A DNA stretch of 64,000 nt, taken from an uncultured Pseudobdellovibrionaceae bacterium (lineage in GTDB: Bacteria; Bdellovibrionota; Bdellovibrionia; Bdellovibrionales; UBA1609). The notes beneath the pieces were generated by a model, which saw nothing but the letters and a program-made list of their open reading frames with translations, made no database searches and was not told the DNA's origin. The first letter of the stretch is position 1; each line of letters opens with the position of its first letter. The DNA lies in contig CAWDNU010000004.1 of assembly GCA_963803705.1 (NCBI GenBank), forward strand, positions 1 to 64,000, read 5' to 3'. Below are positions 60,500 through 64,000 of this stretch, one piece after another. The translations under genes and the position numbers were made by a program.

Positions 60500-60817
60500 A
60501 ATTCAATACTCCTAATTCGTTTTCGGATAACATCTTTATCCTTGTCCAGAAGGGCTTGAGACTTTTTGTGAAAAGCGTAGACAAAAACTAACGTATCTTT
60601 ATTTACAACTGTCGAAATAGCTCGCCAGTTAACCTTATCATCCTTTACTTTAAACTCCTGAATCTTAGTTTTCTTATCGATTTTAAAGGTCTTAAACTCT
60701 TTATTATTAAGTCTCTCGCCCGAAATAAAACGGTCTACGATTGAAAATGTCCTCAACAGTCTCTTTGGGGAACTCTTCTAATTCTTTAATAAAGATCTTT
60801 AGCTGTGCTACTTTCAT
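60496..60817 (-). pseudogene. RelE/ParE (HigB-like) toxin, frameshifted
   Basis: ATG 60817 gives MKVAQLKIFIKELEEFPKETVEDIF; after a shift near 60745 the frame continues SIVDRFISGER...WRAI...FVYAFHKKSQ. Confidence 0.75.
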
Positions 60818-61161
60818 GCTTGATAGTAAATAAACTATCACTCTAAAATGGAAAAATCAATAGAAAATATGAACAAACAAGGTTAGCTCGAGGCTCGAAA
60901 GCGCCTTTTTAATTCATCTTTTCCTCTAAAGGAGTACACGTATGGATTATAGAATCTCATGTTGAATCAGAGGGTTGGATGAGTGACATTTTACGGCCTT
61001 AAGAACAGATAATTAGTCAGGTTTAATACGCTCAAATATGAATTAATACATTAATGGCATTAGGTTTTGACGTATCACCTATAGTCAGTTCTGTAAAAAA
61101 TTCTAAAAAGTAGTTCCTATGATATCTGCTGAAAAGACTATGATATGTTCGACAATATTAT

Positions 61162-62229
61162 ATGCTAAAACTATTCGTACTCATTCTGTTCCCATTTATT
61201 TCTTTGCCCTCTTTCGCAGAAGACGGTCTTCTCTTTAGCGTTGAAAAAGATGGGAAGACATCGTATTTGTTTGGGACTCAACATTCTGTTACAGACTCTC
61301 TATACAGTATTCATCCAGAGATAGAAAAAGCAATCAAGAGATCACATACTGTATTGATCGAGCATAAAGGCGATTTGATGGACGCCTATTTTCCTCCAAG
61401 TGGCTTGGGTATATTTCAAGCTGATAATGAAACCAGAAAGGCTATGAGAAAACTTCCACCAGGCGTAGTGAAAAGAGTTAATGAGTTTTTCAAACCTTCT
61501 ATGGTTGAAGGAAGCTATTTTTCAAGCTGGCAGAGGTACCATCCTGGCGTAGCTTTAGCATTCGTAAATGATTGGTCGACGCGAGTAAAAGGTATAGTGA
61601 TCGCTGAAATAAGGTTGGCTCATGGGACTGTCAAAGAGTCCTCAGCTAGTAGAATTATTGATGATCAAGTTCGTGAATTAGCTGAAAGAAGTGGAAAGAA
61701 AGTTTACGCTTTAGACGTAGATGGAGTAATCACAGAGGGCTTCGTTAGGGCTTCTTCAATTGCAGACTTAAGTAGTTGGGTGATGAAACACTTACCCTTA
61801 GGCTCAGTCGATGGCATTGACCGCACTCCTTTGTTCGAAGAGCTTCCAAAAAGTTGGCAGTCTGATATTATTAAGATGATGAGTGGAGAACACGAATCCT
61901 ATCTTAATAAAAAGAAAGATTTGTACAAGTTGGGGAAAACAGAGGAAATGTTTCGCGTACAGGGAAATGATTTTAACGTTGCGCCTGAAGTCTAGAAAGC
62001 TCTTCTTTACAGAAATCTCTTGTGGAAAAAGAGAATAATTAAAGAATTAAAAGCGGGGAATATTTTCATAGCAGTTGGAATTGCTCACCTTTCGTACAGC
62101 GACAGTTCAGTGCCCAATTTAATCGAGATACTTCGGAGTGAAGGTTACAGGGTGTCTAATATTCCAAATAGAAAGTTGAGTTTACCTAAGTACGGCGCTG
62201 GTCTTTCATGCAAAAATTTTCTTAAATAG
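61162..62229 (+). pseudogene. TraB/GumN family secreted protein interrupted by an in-frame TAG
   Basis: SYLFGTQH at the N-terminus; after TAG 61993-61995 the same frame gives KALLYRNLLW...FIAVGIAHL. Confidence 0.8.
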
Positions 62230-62584
62230 TACGATTTAGAGTATATGCATCTTATCCTTAATAACTACACTTTCTCAATCTAAGGCCGAACGGTCAGAGA
62301 ATCTGGTATAAAAACACTGGGTAGAATTTAGACCTTACATTAATCTGTGAAGCTTTTGGATACCTCCGAAGGTTTTTTATTTGTCTGGTCAACAAAACTC
62401 AGTTTTTGAATTTCTGACCAAAATTTTTAAAAATTCAAATTTTTGGCTTCAACTCGTCAAAGTGTAAATTTCATGGTCAAGTTGGATGTGCTCTGCGGCC
62501 TGTATATTCGTTTTTAGCATTTGATTGGTGAGCGTAATTGAATATCAACATCTATTTCCAAAAAAATTTTCTGCTGCAAATCAC

Positions 62585-62612
62585 TTGAACACATACTAAA
62601 GGTATGTATAAC
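62585..62612 (+). promoter_or_regulatory. sigma70-like promoter with a palindromic TetR operator between -35 and -10
   Basis: TTGAAC-16bp-TATAAC; ACATAC-taaag-GTATGT at 62591-62607; ATG 7 nt after -10 with no SD. Confidence 0.6.
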
Positions 62613-62619
62613 TCTTTCT

Positions 62620-63204
62620 ATGAGCAAAAAGAAAGTTCAAGGTGAAAAGACAAAAGAAGATCTAATTAGGCACGCAATGAAGCGGTTCGCGAAACTCGGA
62701 TTCAGCGGAACTCGTTTCGATGAAATAGCGCTGAGTCAGGGACTTACAAAAGGGGCGCTCTACCATCACTTTCAAAACAAAGCTGAGCTTTTTGAGGCTG
62801 CATTTATTTACTGTTCGATACAAGTGTCTCGTAAAGTATTCACTGAGGCGGGAAAGCAAAAATCCAGTGCAGAGGGTATTGTAGCTGGTTGTATAGAGTA
62901 TATAAAATGCGTCACGTCACTATCCCATCGGAAAATAATGCTTGAGGACTCAATCTCCGTACTTGGATGGTCAAGGTGGAAAGAAATTGACGATCAAACT
63001 TCTGAAGAAGGTCTTTTGCATGCCGTAATTGCCGCCCAAAAAAATGGTGAAATTAAAACTGATATACCAGCCCGAGCGCTTACTCGTTTTCTCTCTGGAG
63101 GAACAAATGAAGTTGCACTCTGGGTTGCAAATTCAAAAGAGAAAAGTCAAAGCCTTTCCGAGGTAAAAAAAACTTTAACCCAAGTAGTTAATGGACTACG
63201 TTAG
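62620..63204 (+). CDS. TetR/AcrR family transcriptional regulator
   Basis: GFSGTRFDEIA...GLTKGALYHHFQNKAELF HTH. Confidence 0.95.
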   Translation: MSKKKVQGEKTKEDLIRHAMKRFAKLGFSGTRFDEIALSQGLTKGALYHHFQNKAELFEAAFIYCSIQVSRKVFTEAGKQKSSAEGIVAGCIEYIKCVTSLSHRKIMLEDSISVLGWSRWKEIDDQTSEEGLLHAVIAAQKNGEIKTDIPARALTRFLSGGTNEVALWVANSKEKSQSLSEVKKTLTQVVNGLR

Positions 63205-63213
63205 GAGACTATA

Positions 63214-63621
63214 ATGATTAACAGTATGTACCCAGTCATCAGAACAAAAAAAATTGAAGAGACTTCTCAGTTCTATGAAAAGTATTTCGGATTCGAGCGG
63301 ACGTTCGAATCCGATTGGTATATCAGTCTAAAAATTGGCTCTCAAGAATTGGCAGTCTTGTTGCCAGATCATAAAACTATTCCAGAGGTCTTCCGAGGTA
63401 GAGAAAGTGGACCTGAGACCATGCTAAATTTTGAGATTGAAAATGTTGATGCCGTATATAAAAGGTTTAAAAGTGACGGCCGAAAGATCCACTACGAAAT
63501 AAAAGATGAGGGCTGGGGCCAACGCCACTTTATAGGTGAGGATCCAAACGGTGTAGCCATAGACGTAATTAAAGTCATTCCACCTTCAGATGATTTTCTG
63601 AAACAATACTCTGTAAGATAG
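63214..63621 (+). CDS. VOC/glyoxalase (bleomycin-resistance-like) family protein
   Basis: FYEKYFGF, LNFEIENVD and WGQRHFIGEDPNG motifs; SD AGGAG. Confidence 0.92.
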   Translation: MINSMYPVIRTKKIEETSQFYEKYFGFERTFESDWYISLKIGSQELAVLLPDHKTIPEVFRGRESGPETMLNFEIENVDAVYKRFKSDGRKIHYEIKDEGWGQRHFIGEDPNGVAIDVIKVIPPSDDFLKQYSVR

Positions 63622-64000
63622 TGCAAGAAAGTTGATATCTGATACCCTTGGTTTTGGCTTGATATTTCTACGTTCTATTGTGCCTTTTAGTATCAGCTAG
63701 AAGGCATAAAATTTAGCCTAAACTCAATAGATTTAATTGATCTATATCTGAAAATTTGCCACGATGCTAAAAAATAATTGCTTCATATTCTTAACTTGAT
63801 AACAAATTGGTTCAAGAAGCGCCGGTATCTGCCTATACACAAAATTTTTTACACTCTCATAGGAAACTTAAAAATTTTTATCTTTCATATTCAAAACGAG
63901 ATCGAAAAATTTTAAACACCTAATGTAAATTAGGTAAACAGTATTTAAAAACAATTATCTCTATTTAGTTAAACACCTCATCGCCACATCGGCGCGTTTA

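Larger units (their letters stand above)
59580..63858 (+). mobile_element. decayed IS256-family element enclosing about 4.2 kb of cargo
   Basis: IRL GGGTCTGTAAATTATTTTGTGTA (59580-59602); IRR reverse complement GAGAGTGTAAAAAATTTTGTGTA (63836-63858), 18/23 identical; flanks ATACGAAA and ATAGGAAA (7/8 target duplication). Confidence 0.78.

Overview
AT-rich bacterial chromosomal segment. The gene content (GYF/PilZ proteins, heme operon with embedded two-component system, VKOR-DsbA, thiolase-scoAB) suggests a Bdellovibrionota-like organism; this is inference. It is mostly housekeeping: fabF end, rpiB, glyA, tRNA-Val(GAC), lipB, dnaE, an RND/TolC pair, guaBA, miaB, argS, lptD, yebC, sufE, rpsD, a near-complete heme pathway, cca and queG. 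The most unusual signal is non-coding. Five intergenic giant palindromes (649-995, 11795-11970, 24465-24715, 46077-46278, 48657-48891) have 56-95 bp inverted arms that differ at every locus, two of them copying the stop codon of the adjacent gene. All five enclose a related structured core bounded by CGAG(T/C)TC ... TG(T/A)(C/T)TGAG. Related core sequence also occurs without arms (19628-19790) and in-frame inside yebC. A second hairpin repeat family (39017-39190, 16555-16609) and a 125-bp MITE (3229-3353) are present. The last 4.3 kb (59580-63858) is a decayed IS256-type element with terminal inverted repeats and an 8-bp target duplication. It carries gene fragments, a frameshifted toxin with an intact antitoxin, a TraB-like pseudogene and an intact TetR-VOC unit.
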